From the NCBI GenBank assembly GCA_026770705.1, contig JANJGN010000041.1, positions 1,736,001 to 1,800,000 of the forward strand: a stretch of DNA of 64,000 nucleotides, written 5' to 3'. Made by a program: the position numbers and the translations under genes. This DNA is from Isurus oxyrinchus (taxonomy: Eukaryota). The notes under the pieces were generated by a model. The model did not search any database, had not been told where the DNA came from, and saw only the letters and a list, made by a program, of their open reading frames with translations. Shown piece after piece: positions 12,900 through 26,735 of the stretch (within the stretch, counting starts at the first letter, position 1; every line of letters begins with the position of its first letter).

Positions 12900-13800
12900 T
12901 AACTCTGCCACGACACTAGGGTGTTACAGAGCCATCTCATCTCCTTTAACAACACTTGGGGCCGCACACCAGGTTGAGAGAGCTGCAGTCTTTGGACACG
13001 AATTTCACAAGATCAGTGAAACTTCTATGGATTCGGAAGATTCCAGGCAGGGGAATAGTTGTTGTTATATTCATTATCTCCCAGTATTTTGCCTAACTAT
13101 GTATTCACTAGCCGACAGAAAACATCTATGCTGGGTGCCACGTTTATACCGGTGCTCCCTCAACAGGGAGAAGCATAATGATTGGTCTCATGGCCTCCTA
13201 GGGTAGAGGGATTCCCGATGGCATGAGTGATTCCGCCGTGGCCAATTAGAATTGACAGAGAAAAGGCTCTGAAAGAACTATCACTGTATTGACGTGCATT
13301 TGATGTATGTTTATGCACAGTACATCATGTTGGTGAATAGCCACTATCCTGACTAGAGCCACAATCCCTTCATTATGAAGCACTCGGACATTTACAGCAT
13401 CTTTGATGCTCCATAGAGAACCACAAAGTGGATTTTCGGAGTTGAAGGCTGCCCCGTCGGTACATGGATCAAAAAACTTTACTTTGCCATTCTGTAACTC
13501 CAACCAAGCAGGTGAACATAGCATGTCAATGCCAAAAGCGATGGAGTTGCATAGAGTATTGTGGATCAGCCTGCCAGAGTGGCAAAGAAACGCTTCTGAT
13601 TCCTGCGCCGTTTGGAGTGAACCCTCCAGTACACACTGGAGCAGCTGATCATTTTCATAGTGTTCTGCTTGATCCTTCATATCATCACCATCATAAGGAT
13701 ACAGGAAATGTCACCAAGAATCCAGAGGGCAACGAAGGTGAAGAGGAGATTGTGTTAAGATATATCGTGGATGCTTTCGCCTTTGACAGGTTGTCTAGAT
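12900..13800 (+). mobile_element. Degenerate PIF/Harbinger transposase (HARBI1-like) inside the GPCR1 intron
   Basis: Frameshifted motifs: YHCIDVHLMYVYAQYIMLVNSHYP, HNPFIMKHSDIYSIFDAP, WIFG..G.P and LQYTLEQLIIFIVFCLILH. These match Harbinger HSINVQ..V.A.YPGS.HD..., GD.GYP and LQY.P....II..C..LHN. Confidence 0.75.
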
Positions 13801-14880
13801 GTGCCCGCTAAGAATCCTGTTTGCACAAAACTTCCTTTTCTGAAGTTGTACTGAACGTAAATTTAAATGTTTACACAATGGAAATCCAACAGCAAGATCA
13901 AAGGACAGGGACACTGTTGCTAATAAATGAAACACTTCAAAATTAGATAAGCTAAGAGACATTTTTGAAGATTTCACGCATTAAAAGAGGTTGATAGGCT
14001 TTACATGTTGGTACATTTCTTCAACACAGAGGCTCCGCCACACTGCAGACTAAAAGCCACATATTTACAAAATCCATTTGTCTTCAATCACGGAGGAACG
14101 AACAATTCAGTCCTGCAACGTTTTCAACCAACACATTAAGCAATTTAAGAAATGAGCTGTTCCTCTTCTACACTCCTAATAATTTAAGTATGTGTTGCAT
14201 TTCTGCAAATCATCATGCTTTGTGTGAGGGTGTATGAGTGTTTGTGTTGTACATGATCGTTATTATTTGTGTTTGTGCATTTTGTAAGAAACGGACGTTT
14301 ATTCTTTCGTTTGAAATGATAATTCGCAAGAAAGCTCGCTTCGAAATTCTTAAAATACCATCTGTGGAGAAAAGAAACATTCCTTCTGATAACCGCTGAG
14401 CATTCCTGTCAGGAAGATATGTTGAGCAAAATATTAAATTAACCCATTTCTCTTCTTTCTCCTTAATGGAATCATCACCTCTGGCGCCTCTCGATCAACT
14501 GCGTCTGCCCTCTCACTTATGGATTCCACACTCACCCATGGGTACCACCCGTAATACGCACGCTGACCTGGCACTCCGTAAGCCTCAATCACCGCTAAGT
14601 GCAACTATTATCCTCCGATTACTCCTTTACTCCCTTGTCTCTTAAATATTCCCGGTCTCCTGCAACTCTCATCTCCACTCCATTTCCACCTCCTTATTTA
14701 AACTATTCAATGTATTCTTCCTTCCATGGAATAACAGAGATTTTTTATACCTTCTTTCAGGGCCGTTCATTTCAATACACCAGAGGATGCTGTAATACAT
14801 CTCCATCGCATCTCAATCATACTGGCAACTTTGGTGCCAGAGTGATATATCATTTTACTAATTATTACCTTTCCTTGCAG

Positions 14881-15758
14881 TGAACATATTCACGATTGTG
14901 ATATTGAGGCGCCAGAGGTGCGGTCTCTCCAATTGTGTTACCCGTTACCTGGTGGCCATGGCAGTGGCTGATCTACTGGTCATTATCCTCGACCTGATAC
15001 TGAGGCATATTCCAATTGTGTTTGATAAGTATTTTATTTTCCTGCAATCAGTCCCAGTGTGTAATATCCACGCCGTCCTGCTCTATGCAGCCACTGACTG
15101 TTCTGTGTGGTTCACCGTCACTTTTACCTTGGATCGATTTGTGGCCATTTGTTGCCCGAAACTGAAAACTAAATATTGCAATGAAAAAACGGCAGCTGTG
15201 ATTCTGAGAACCGTCATTGCACTGAGCTGTTCAAAGAACATTTTCTGGTATTTTTTGTTCACAGGTCAGTACTGGCTGGTAAACTTCCCCTGGTTTTGTG
15301 GTTACACAAAAGAGGTTCTGTTCTCTCCTGTCTGGGTAACAATCGAGTTCACCCATCACATTCTAACACCTTGTGTCCCATTTGTACTGATCCTGCTCAT
15401 CAATATTTTGACAGTCGAGTATATTTTAGTGACCAGCATGACCCGCAGGCGACTTCGGTCTCATAGGAGAGGGGAGAGCCCCAGAGACCCAGAGATGGAC
15501 AATCGAAAGAAATCGATCATGTTACTGTTTTATATTTCAGCCAATTTCATTGTTTTATGGGCAATGTTAATGTTTTATTCCATATGGACCCGAATGCATG
15601 ATTTTGGCTTTAATACACTGTATCTACATGTTTTTGTTCTGGAATTGGGTTTCATGCTGCAGCTCCTGAGTTGCTGCACAAACACTTGGATTTATGCTGT
15701 GACACAGACTAAGTTCAGGGAGCAGTTTTGGAAAATGTTGAAATATCCCTTCAATTAA
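14881..15758 (+). CDS. GPR139/GPR142-like class A GPCR 1, coding exon 2 (TM1-TM7 and C-tail); spliced product 350 aa
   Basis: Acceptor ttccttgcag ends at 14880. Open frame contains CGLSNCVTRYLVAMAVADL, TM3 Cys, SVWFTVTFTLDRFVAICCP, TPCVPF and LSCCTNTWIYAVTQTKFR, ending at TAA 15756-15758. Exon lengths 175+878 = 351 codons. Confidence 0.93.
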
Positions 15759-16839
15759 TTTTTTAATTAGTTCAATGATTGGAAGAGCTGAATATCTGAC
15801 ATTTCTAGGACATAATTTCACAATTCCACACTGCATAACGGTCTGTCACTGGGTGGAATGAATCAATGCAAACTTCCATAATTTTAACATTGAACTTAAC
15901 GTTTTCAGTGGACAGGGGTGGAAACTGGGGTGGGGCTGTTGGGGTGGAGGGACTGCTTTAAGTTGGAATTGAGAAGTCGTAAATTACTAGGAGTTTCCTG
16001 AATTCTCTCAATGAATTTAACATTTCCAGCTGGCACGGGGGAATGGGGGTAGGATGGGGGTGTCTTGTGCATTCAATGGGTCCGTTTCAATGGAACCGAA
16101 TCACTCAAAGCTTCCAATATTTTCTCCTTCCATTGCTCAGTTTGAATTGAGGAAAATTCATCTCATTGGGAGAACAAATACACCACGGTTTTCCAGAATT
16201 AAAGCATTTTCTCTTATTTATAGCTGTGGGGGTGGAGTGGTGGAGGGAGGGGGCGAGGGGAGGCCGTGAATGTTACCTCACTGACCAACTACTCCCATCC
16301 AATTGGCCGATTGTAAAGCCTATCGTCCCCTCCGCCACACAGGAACGGAAGGTAATAAAGGTAATAAAGCCATTTGCACACTTCCATTGCCCACAAGACA
16401 TGTCCATTATCCTTCTCTCTCGTACTGATTGAACAGAAAACTAAGCCACTGATAGCCTACTTCCAAAATCGCCGATGCAACTGTCCACTGCTTCTCAGTG
16501 ATTGCACAGGAATCCTCCATCCAACACGTGATTGGAAGCCGAAATGGAATGCCGGAGTGGAACGTGGTGAGGTCTTGTCAGAGGAGGAGTGGTCGCAGCA
16601 TACAATTCAAGTAACCAACAACGGCAGTAAGAAAACAAACTGAAAGTGAGGTATCAGCAGAAATTAGTGCATGGCAGCAGCCCAGCTCACACTGAATTCT
16701 ATTGTTTATAAAGGAAGTGGGTATCAATTCATCTGCAGAAAGAGGGCGGCGTTGTAGTGGATTTGGTGTGTGTGTGCGGGTCAAGACGGCACAACTGGAC
16801 CTCGATCTCCCTAAAAGAGATGCAGATTGACATACAAAA

Positions 16840-17150
16840 AGGGAGAGCGAGAGAGAGGCATGTTGCTTAACAGACAGAAAGACACAGAGACTTTGAAAAA
16901 GAGATAGAAAGAATTTGAGTGGTGTGGGGGGGGAGAGAAAGAGGCTGATAGAGAGAGAGGTGGAGGCAGAGTGAGAGATGAACGTACTGGGATGTAGAGG
17001 GACAGAAAAACAGAGAGCGGGAAAGAGATAAAGGGAGAAAAAGAGGCTGGAAGAGAACAACAGTGAGAAAGGGAGAGACGAACAATGAGACAGGGAGAGA
17101 GGAAGACATTGAGTAACGGGAGGGGAGGTGAAAAAGAGGTAAGACAGGGA
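16840..17150. repeat. GA-rich low-complexity tract
   Basis: Degenerate gagagag/agacag runs; source of the spurious S/L-rich minus-strand ORFs. Confidence 0.8.
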
Positions 17151-17210
17151 TTGGGTTAGTCACATCGTGGATGAGATTTGGGAATTAAGCAGGGGGACAT
17201 GGAACTTGCA

Positions 17211-17730
17211 GCTGAATGTATTTTAAATAGGGTGAAATCCCATTCACTTAGCACCAATCTGCTGAATGTATTTTAGCCAGTATGCACTTATCAACACCGT
17301 GCTGAATCTATTTTAACCAACAATAAATCCCACTCACATATTATGACCCCGCTGAACGTATTTTAACCAGCACTAAATCCCATTAACTTATCAATGATCC
17401 GCTGAATATATTTTAACCAGCACTAAATCCATTAATTTGTCAACAATCTGTTGAATGTATGTTAGTCAGCAATAAATCCCACTCACACATTACCACTCTG
17501 TTGCTTGTATTTTAACCAGCTCTAAATACCATTCACTTATCACCACTTTGCTGAATGCATTTTATCCAGCACGAAACACCATTCACTAATCAATACCCTG
17601 CTGAATGTATTTTAACCAGCAGTAAACCCATTCACTTATGAGCACTCTGCTGTATATATGTTAGCCAACACTAAATCCACTCAATTATCAACACCCTGCT
17701 GAATCTATTCTAAAAGGCACAAAATCACAT
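17211..17730. repeat. ~50-bp minisatellite, about 11 units
   Basis: The unit gctgaatgtattttaaccagcactaaatcccattcacttatcaacaccct recurs at 17211, 17261, 17301, 17351, 17401, ~17450, ~17500, ~17550, ~17600, ~17648 and ~17697. Confidence 0.92.
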
Positions 17731-18299
17731 TCCTGGTCGGGGAATCTTATACATTCGTATGTGTTAAAATTAGAGAATTAGCTTACTATTGATATCCTGA
17801 ATATATATGTCAACTTATGGTGATGACTTAAAATTACTGCACAAACACGTTAATTTATGCAGTGAGTCACTCCAAAATCAGACAGCAGTTAAAGTCTGTG
17901 GTGAAGCATCCATTCCGAACATCATTCAGAGAATGAGCCAATCCGGGAGCACCACTGCTGTCTGACAGGCAGCACAGCCAATCTGGAGCTTCTCCCAGGG
18001 ACTCACACAACCACTACCCAAAAACACCATCTCCACAGCCACTCAACTAATTCACACACCCCGTTATTAAAAGCCACCTCATCCAATTGGTATGATTGAC
18101 CAGGTGAATCACGATTCACTGAGCCTATTTGGTATTTTGTTGACATTCGCGTGACAAAATCCTCGAAATCCGCCTGCTGAATGACACCTTACGTGAACCA
18201 AACAGGGAGCATCATTATGTGGCTAAAAAACGCAACAGCCAATCTGGGACTTCATTTGGTAACTCAGGGCCTTCTTCCCCAATCAGGCAGCTGCTTTTG

Positions 18300-20940
18300 G
18301 TGCTTTACGGTCGGGACAGTTGGTCAGCAAGTTTTAGATAGAGGCTAACATACTTACGGCACTCCTGGCTGCCTGGATGACCATATATGCAGAATGTGGC
18401 ATCTGTTTAACGCGCTTGAGAACCGGGTTTTGGAGCTCAACCATCGGCTGGATGCAGTGGTGCACTCCGGTGCGCGAGACTCATATAGACAGCATGTTTC
18501 TTTTTTTTCACACAGTCACCGCACAGCTTAAGGAAGTGCAGTCAGACAAGGAATGGGTTACCCAAGTCAGAGGAAGGGGTGCTAGCAGTTAGTCAGGAAA
18601 GCCACCGAGTGTGTCTCATTTAAAAACAGTTTCTTTCTCTGCGTTGGAAAATGGTGACCGTGTTTATTCCCATTGAGAATGCAGCCAGAGCCCAGCTACA
18701 CAAGCTGGGAGTGGACAAAGTGAGGGAGAACAATCGTGTCGGAGACCCCAAGTTGTGGGTGAGTCAGGCGTATCAGCGGCCAAAGGCATAACTCCAGAAT
18801 GGTGTGTTGCATCCCTGGAGCCAGGGTCAAGACTGTCATTTTACTGCTCCAAGGAATTCTGAATGGGGAGGGCGAGCAGCCAAATGACATGGTTCACATT
18901 CGTCCTAAATGACTTATGCACAAAGCGGGATGAGGACCAAGAATTTAGGGAGCAAGGTAGCAGCTTGAAAAGCAGGGCATCAAAGATTCTAATTTCTGGA
19001 TTAATTCCGATGCCACGTCCTACTGTGAAGAAAAATAGGTGGATAGATTAAATTCATGTGTGGCTGATGATGTGGTGCAGGAGGACTACTGAAAGTTTTT
19101 CGGTCATTGGGTGTGTTTCTTGTAGAGGTGGGAGGTGAGGAAGTCCAAGATATTTTACCTCAACCGGAAATGCATCAAAATTATGTATTGGTAGGGCTGG
19201 GGTTGGGGGTGGTGGCGTGGTGCGGGCGCTGGAGAGTGGAGGTTTGCTGGTGCTGTTGTTGCGGGTTTAAACAAATTTGGCAATGCGATAGGATATGTAA
19301 TGGATGTTACGTAGGATGTGATTTATAGGCAAGTTTAGAAGAAAAACTACGTCAGCCAGGAAGATAGCGATTATATAGTCAAGTTAAGGCACAAAGGAGA
19401 ATGGCAGGGATGGATGGCACTTATTTTCATCCAAAGAGTCATGTGAGTCGGGCAGAATAATTGACAGTGTTGATTATCACAGAGATCTGGTGAAGGAAAG
19501 GGCAGGGCTGGCAGCTCAAAATTCTGTTTATGAAATCCGCAGTCGAGACGAGGCTGCCGTTGGGGGGGAGGGCGGTCGGAATAGAGGAGTTGGTTCACAA
19601 CATTAATCAATGAGTCAATTGCTGCAAAGAGGAAAGATGATACCTTAGTGAGTTCCTCAGATGAGGCCGTATGGTTTGAGCTGAAATTCAAAAAGGGGCC
19701 AATCAATTTGCTACACCGAAACAGCCAGATTGATAGAAAGGCTGACATGTAGCCAAAATCAGAGAAGTGGAATAATAACAGGGTAAAAATAGTAGCTTTC
19801 CACTTTCCCCTATCTACGAGGATATACAAAGTGGTGATGGCTTAGAGGGGACAGAATTTTCAAAATGTACCGAGGGGAGATTTTTAATGTGAAGAACATG
19901 AATCCCACAAGAAAGGCAGTAGTGCTGGGCTTAGCATTTGGGAACAAAGCTGGGCTATTGGTAGAAGTTTAAAAGGGGGAGAATTTCTCTGATTTTGTCC
20001 ATAATTCAGTAAGTGTTAAGGTAGTTATTGGGAAGGATAAAATGCACCTGATGTAAAGCTGCTGAATTGGGAAAGCATGTTTTTAATAATTTAGTATACG
20101 ATCCTGTCAAAGTGAACTGGAAGCATCCATCTGTCCAAAAACCTGCATCAGAGCAGAGGGAGTTTTGCAAAAAATGAAATATTGAGTGTTGGGGCAAACA
20201 TTTCCAGAGAGCCCTGGATTTCGAGGAATGCACTGGATTGAATGAGGGAAAACAGGAAGCTCCTCGAGGAAGCTGATGGCTCAAAAAAGCATGAGTCCTT
20301 CAAAATATGTAAATTGTGTATAGTTACTTAAATAAGGAAAGTAGGAGATCGAAGAGGGAGCATTGGAAAACACTGGCAGGTAAAATAAAGTAAAGCAAAA
20401 AGGCTTTTCGTAAGTATTTTACGGTCAGAGGATCACCAGAGAAAGAGCAGCTCGCATTTGGGACAAAATTAGTGTGTGGATTTATGAGATTTCGATGTTA
20501 TTTCAAAAGTGCACCTTGTATCTGTATTTAGTGTAGAGAAGAGCGATGTAGGTATAGAAATCAGCGACGGGGACTGTGATGCACATGAACAATTTAGGAT
20601 TGAGAGGGAGGAGATATTAGATGTTTTATCTGACTTTGAATTAGATAACTCGCCAGACCTAGATGCGATGATTTCCAGGCTGCTCTGCAAGGCAAGGAAG
20701 GAGATTGAAGTGTCCCTGGCATTAGTTTCAAAATCCAGCCTCGTCACAGGAGAATCTCAGTTGACTTAAGGTCAGCGAATGTATTATCATTATTCAAATT
20801 AGGTGCCAAAAATCCAGGCAGCATTAAATTAGAGGATCTAAAATCAGTGTAGGGAAACTTTCGGAAAAAAAAAAATATCTGGGAGAGGACTGACCTCTGC
20901 TGGAGAGGCAGGGATTAATCAGCGATAGTCAGCATTATTA
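18300..20940 (+). mobile_element. Decayed CR1 LINE (ORF1 esterase, ORF2 endonuclease and start of RT), 3'-truncated
   Basis: ORF1 motif MVCCIPGARVKTV..LQGILNGEGEQP..VHI; EN motif NPTRKAVVLGL.FGNKAG; RT-region DNSPDLDAMISRLLCKARKEIEVSLALVSKSSLVTGE (KSPGPD...PRLL-like). Confidence 0.85.
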
Positions 20941-21344
20941 ACCTGGATTGCCATTGACTTTCCCGCAGTTAATCAAAACATTCTGGTTCTTTTAATCTGT
21001 GCAGGGTCTCTTGCGAAATTTTGATCCAGTTGGTACACATAATTTCCAAGTATGTGGTCCAGCAGAGCCTCATTTCTCCTGGAACTGGAAACGCACTGCA
21101 GTAGAAATGTTTCCTGAGCACAGTTTAGGAACTGCTATTATCAGTATCTACATTCGACTAATTGAACTCCCTCGTTCTAAGTATTCTACAATGCTTGCAC
21201 TTCAGTGTAATTTCCTTGCCAATTCGAGATTGTGCCCTTGCCACTTTGGTCTATACTATTTCTCCTGCACTGCAACATCATACAAGTCTCGACGATGCCA
21301 CTGGAAGTCACCTAATAAGAATTTGCAACATCGCAACAGCTAAA

Positions 21345-24300
21345 TGAATGAAGCCAAAATCTAAAAAATGGCTGGAATAAGTCCCCAGATTCCCATGGTG
21401 TGACCTGAGATAACATGTCAACATTGCTGATGGAGTTAGTGGTAGTTTTACAAAATGAAAACAGAAACCCCAAGAGGAGTTTGCTAAATTATGAAGCTTC
21501 CTTTGAGACGTGGAGGCCTAAGGTCTGCACCAGAAGAAGTGGAAGTCCATTGCCTGGCTGCCCAAAAGTGCAGAATCGAGGAACATGCGCTGATCTCAAA
21601 AAACTGAATGCAATGCACAAACAAACAGAAGAAAAGAGAACGGATGATAGATGTATCCATTTTAGGGGAAATCCACTTTTTTTTTTAGAAGAAGCACCTG
21701 AGTAAGGCAGAGGCCATACACCTGGCCAAATCAATACAGATTGAGCAAAATACAAAATGAAGCTGGAGGTAAGTATTAAAATAGGCAGGACTCTCAGGAC
21801 TTAGCACATCAAGGCGGCAGCTGGAGGAAAGCTGCAGCAAAAACTCGCAGCATTCCACCAGGAGGCCCAGCTGAAGTGAACGTAAGTTTTATTTATACAA
21901 TTAATGCAATTAATTTAAACGACATGCTGAGTAAGAAGAACCTGCAGCATTTAATAAAAAAAATGCTCCTTTCATTTGAACCCTGGGTTCTTGCTTTAAG
22001 AAAAATGAAAGCCGGGTTAACAGGCCTAACCTTTTGAATAAAATGGGATGGCCACAGTGCAATACTGCCGAATATTTAAAAAAAGTGTGGAAATTCACAG
22101 CAGGGTTATTGACAGCTGCAGAGCCATCCTGAAGTGGATAAAAATGGATGTGGCACAGACAGCCATAAATGCGCAATGGCATTTAAAAAGATTAACTCAG
22201 GAAAAGAAAAATAAATTGCCTTGGATACGAAATTCCATCACAGCCACATTTTTGCTTCTGCAAAGGCTGAAGGGATAGTTTTCTTTATTTAAATTATTGG
22301 ATGATTCAAGTCAAAGCACAATCTCTGGAGTCGTCCAGGCCAGCACCAACTTTACCCTCATTTACTGAATTGCATGACCGGTAATCCCAAGCTTCAATGA
22401 CAAAATAAATGCCTTTCATGAATCTTTGAAACATCAAGTTGAGGACTCTGTAGAGCCTTACAAGATGCATACAAATCCTGTAGCAAATTAACAATCGGCG
22501 AAATTACGTCCTTGAACACGTTATATGAGGCAACATAAAGGTCCAGAACTTCCTGGAAATCCCTGGAACCTGTTTTTATGGGGGGGCCTGTGAGATGATT
22601 GCTAATTACTTTCCCTATAAAATACCGATAGTTGCTTCCAGCATTGTGCAAGCAGCTGGTAGTGAGCAGCAGGGAAATTAATAAAACTAGCGACTTGTCA
22701 CGTGAAGGAGAAAAAGCATTAAATAAAAAGCAATCGCTTGTTTCAAAGCTGAACAGGATGAATTGAAGTGTGAGATTCAGGCTGGATATGTAGATTTGAA
22801 AATGCATCGCAAAACGCAGTCTTCAAAGAGCCAGAATTTTCGAGGCCTGAACAAACAGAAGTTAGAGATAAAACAAATGGGGCAGGGTGGGAATTAGCAC
22901 CCTCAAATGCACAGTTGGCAAATCAAACCGTGAGTTAGAAAATCTCATCCACATGTACAGCCAAGCAAAACAATAGGGAATAAAAAGATTCAAATAAGCA
23001 GGAAAATTGAAAGGCTCTCTGCAGAATGAACCTATATAGGTCAAAAAATCATCAAAAAACAAGATGTTGAATATTATTTGAGAATAAAGCTGCATTGGAA
23101 CTATCAGCAGTATCAAAGGGACAGACTGAAGCTCAGGGTGAGTTGGTGTTAGTTGGCCAAGGAATTAATTAGTCGGAAAACAGCTGATTGTTCTGCTTCT
23201 TCAAAAAGCACAAATAAGTACATTATTCTTCAGCAGCATGAATACATTAAAATCTCTCCTACACAGCAGAACGGAAGAAGAGCACAGTAAAATCGAGGAG
23301 AACTTGCTGAATAAAAGGAAAGTGAAGATGAAGCAGTTGAAGCTTCACAGCGCGAAAGAAAGCCTGGAGAAAAAAATTAACACATTACAGATGTCCCTGA
23401 GGCCAAATCATTTTCCTATGCAAAATGATGAAGAGTAGCAGCTTAAATTTCATCTGACTCTGAACAAAATGGAAACGCAATTTGCAGGGAAGACTCCAGA
23501 ATTTTGAAAATTATAGGAATAAGCCTAATCTGCCAGAAAAAAAGGACAGAAGAGCTGAAGAAACAGCTGACATTGAAAGGAAAAGTTAAAGCCCTTTCCA
23601 AAAATGCAAGCAGGTGATGAAGTTATGAACAAAACATTTGGAGAACTGTAGGAATTTACGTGCCAACGGAGACAGGCCTGGCCAACAGTGAAACCCACAT
23701 GAAGGACAAAGAGAAATCACTGCTGCAGGCAGAGGACGGAGGGGGGCACTGGCAAACTGGCAGGGTCACTGCATTGGAAGCCCAGAGACCCAGGCTACTG
23801 CTCTGGAAGCATGGGCGCCACATCCACCACGGCGGCTGGAGGAATTAGAATTCAGCTCTTAAACCTGTAATTGCAAGCTAGCCCCAGTGATGGGCACCAT
23901 GAAACTATCATCGATTATCATCAAATCCCATCACTTTACCAATGTACGTTAATTGAATGTCTGCCTTGCTGAATTGTTTTAACCGAAAAGTGGCTCCAGG
24001 AACCCAGCAATGCAGCCGGCTATAAACTGCGCTCAGCAGTCACCTAGTGAGTTCAGTTCAAAAGCAAAATCTATGGTCAAACAAATGTCGGTTTTCCAGC
24101 TATGCCCACAACCTGTGGAAGAATAAGGAAGAAAAAAGATTGAAAAAAAGATTGTAATTTGCGAATCTGATACTGAAGCTCAAGAGACAAAAATGCAAAA
24201 TCACTGGATTCCTCAAACGGACTGAGGGTTGTTGAAAAGTGACCTGGCTGAAATGGAGATCAAGAAGCGGGAACATCAAAGAAATGGTGAGCAATTCCAA

Positions 24301-25170
24301 GGAGAAGTCAAAGTTCTCACAGAATAGCGGGAGGATTTTCATCTACAAAAAGGCCAAGTAAACTTAAAGAATGTGACTGTGCAGCACGGCACTCATGAAA
24401 GCGACGCTGCTGAGCGAAAAATGGTCAGTGTAGAGAACTAACATTCATGTACAGAGGTTCAGTTTGCTGAGATGTTGGATCTTCAGCATGAAAATCCCCC
24501 CAAAAAATTAAGCCGCCATCCAATGTGAAGAAGATGGAGAATGAGATGTGTCATTTGGAAGAGGGAAGACAGACTCTGAAGACTCGAACAAGCAGTTTCA
24601 GGATTTAATGACTGAATTGGGCGAATCAAAGGGGCAGTCAATGGGCATATAAAAAAAACCTGAAAGGAACTGACTGTACAGGTCAGCGTAACCCTGTATA
24701 AAGATTTCACAGATAACTCCGAAGGAAAAGCAGCTCAACTTCCAGACCAATTGCTGACCTCAAGGAAAATGTTCAGATGTGTGCAAAAAGTTTTGCAGAT
24801 AAAAGAGCAATCACAACTTTGGCTGAAGTTGTGAAACAAATGGAAGTTAATGTCCCATTTCTCAATCATCAACATCAAGCTCGATCATGGGGGACACAGT
24901 GGAAATAGAAAATCCCAGTCCACTCCAATATTGCTCGGAGTGCATATTCCCCTCATAAAGAATGGAACAAACACACCTTGCCCGAGCAGATCAAATGGGA
25001 TGCTGATAATCAAAAAGGGAACTCAAAGGAGCACAATAATCCAATCAAATGGAGAGAAACAAGTGTGAGAAATACGGAGCATCACAATCTAAAGCTTAAA
25101 CTGAAAACGTCAGCCCGAAGAAGCTTTTTAAACTATTCATCCACATGGAACACACAGGAATGTTAAAGAA
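21345..25170 (+). pseudogene. Heavily decayed long coiled-coil protein gene, possibly a PMFBP1-like retrocopy
   Basis: K/E/Q/L-rich fragments over ~3.8 kb with many stops: RRQLEE..QQKLAAFHQE, KTSDL, MNLYRSKNHQ, AQGEL, EENLLNKRKVKMKQLKLHSAKES, EQIKWDADNQKGNSKEH. Their order matches my recollection of mammalian PMFBP1; this is not verified by search. Confidence 0.45.
23850..24130 (+). mobile_element. SINE/LINE 3' fragment inserted into the coiled-coil pseudogene
   Basis: Interrupts the coiled-coil text and ends in ...caaatgtcggttttccagctatgcccacaacctgtggaagaataa, similar to the tail of the LINE at 62575-63500. Confidence 0.55.
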
Positions 25171-26354
25171 TGTTCAAATATCAAGACAGCTGAATTCATG
25201 ATGTATTAGCGTTGCCCAGGTCCGCGAGGTTGGGGGGTGGGGAGAGGGGGAGTGGGGGTGCTGTGGGGAGTAGTTGCGAGGTGGCGGTATTGTGTCAGAG
25301 AAATGTAGCAAACAAATGTTTTATTGGAAATAATTATAGTCAGATGGAAGGAAGGATGGTTGGTTTTAAAGGATGGTGCTATTGTCTCGAGTAGCAGCAT
25401 GGCGATTGTAATGTAAAGGTTTTCAGGACAGTAAGGGTTAATGTGGCTTTGGGGAATAGTATAGCGAATGGTCTGATGCATAGGGTTACATGATTGTAGA
25501 CTTAGAAGCCAAGTATGAAGCAACTAGTAAAGTGGCTGCACCCATGTATGCGGAACATCGGATATGTATATCATTATGGCTTAACAATGAATAGTTCATG
25601 TTTAAACATTGCAAGTCGGGAGACCTCTCAGTGGGAGATCAAAGCAGCATTTTCAGCAATCCCCAGGTTAGGGCAGGAAGCAACACTGACCAATCAAACA
25701 TTGCCAGGGCAGGTATAGCATATGACTATATATAGATTAATGCCCCATCTAAACGCTCCTAATTACAGAATACATGAACTTGTATTTCACGTGGTTTGAT
25801 GCAGACAAATTTCCCTCTAAAGACATCAAACACTCTAAGGGAAGGTACAACAGTAGATGAGGTATATAACCAATCTCCCTATTCACTGTCCTCATCGTAC
25901 CCATCTCAGCACTGATACACCAAAGATTTGGATACGGACAACTCTCTGTCTGCAATGTCTCCTTCGAGCATTCCAAGGGCTGTTATAACACTGGCTTAGA
26001 TTGACAACTGCGCATTCCCCAGTAAACCTTCCAATAGCTTGCTCAGTCCGGGGGTTGAGGCATAAGTCTGCGGGGAATAACCAGACAGTACTATTAATGT
26101 GATATATAAAGTGAGCTTTATTCAATGCAGGCATATCCCACTATACTTATAGTATTTCACAGCTGGTCAAATCATCTGCCAATGTTCTCGTAGATGTGTT
26201 TTCCTATTTATGGCGTCCCTATTGCCGATAATCCCAAGCTGTTTTAGAGTAGCTTTTGTTTTCCATACACCTTGTAATTTCTCACTAACTTGCAGCCAAA
26301 GCAGCCTGGACTGCTGCCACTGTGCTCCGCATAATTGTTGTTATTTCCGTTTCT

Positions 26355-26570
26355 CTTTTAGATGCTTCCGTGCACTGAATTTCTGAGAAGGAAAAAGAAA
26401 CAAAAGCACTCTTCTTAGGTTCTGGTTTCTTACGTTAGGTGTTTCATGAATGTAATTGTCGTTAATCTTTTAGATGCTTCCGTTAAATGATTTTGTGAGA
26501 AGGAAGATGAAACATAAGCACTTCTCTTAATTTCCGTGTTGTTACGTCTGGTGTGTCGTGAATGGAGATA
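26355..26570. repeat. Tandem duplication of ~112 bp (two copies)
   Basis: cttttagatgcttccg...tgagaaggaa..gaaaca..agcact..tt.ttacgt..ggtgt..c.tgaatg occurs at ~26355 and ~26467. Confidence 0.85.
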
Positions 26571-26589
26571 GCAAAATGAGTAATAAAGA

Positions 26590-26735
26590 GTCTATGTGGA
26601 TAGCTAGTCTGCGTGTGTCTGTGTGTCTCTTTGTGTGTTTTGTTCATGCATGTTTCTGTGTGTGTTTATGTTTCTGTGTGTGTATGTATGCATGTGTCTG
26701 TGAGTGTGTGTGTATGTGGGTGTGTGTGTGCGTGC
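26590..26735. repeat. Degenerate (TG)n microsatellite
   Basis: gtgtgtctgtgtgt...gtgtgtgtgcgtg run. Confidence 0.9.

Noticed and set aside
14880-15758. Single-exon GPCRs starting at GTG (this ORF and 60019-60960)
   Set aside because: The starts lie in or at splice acceptors, TM1 is incomplete, and matching upstream exons were found.
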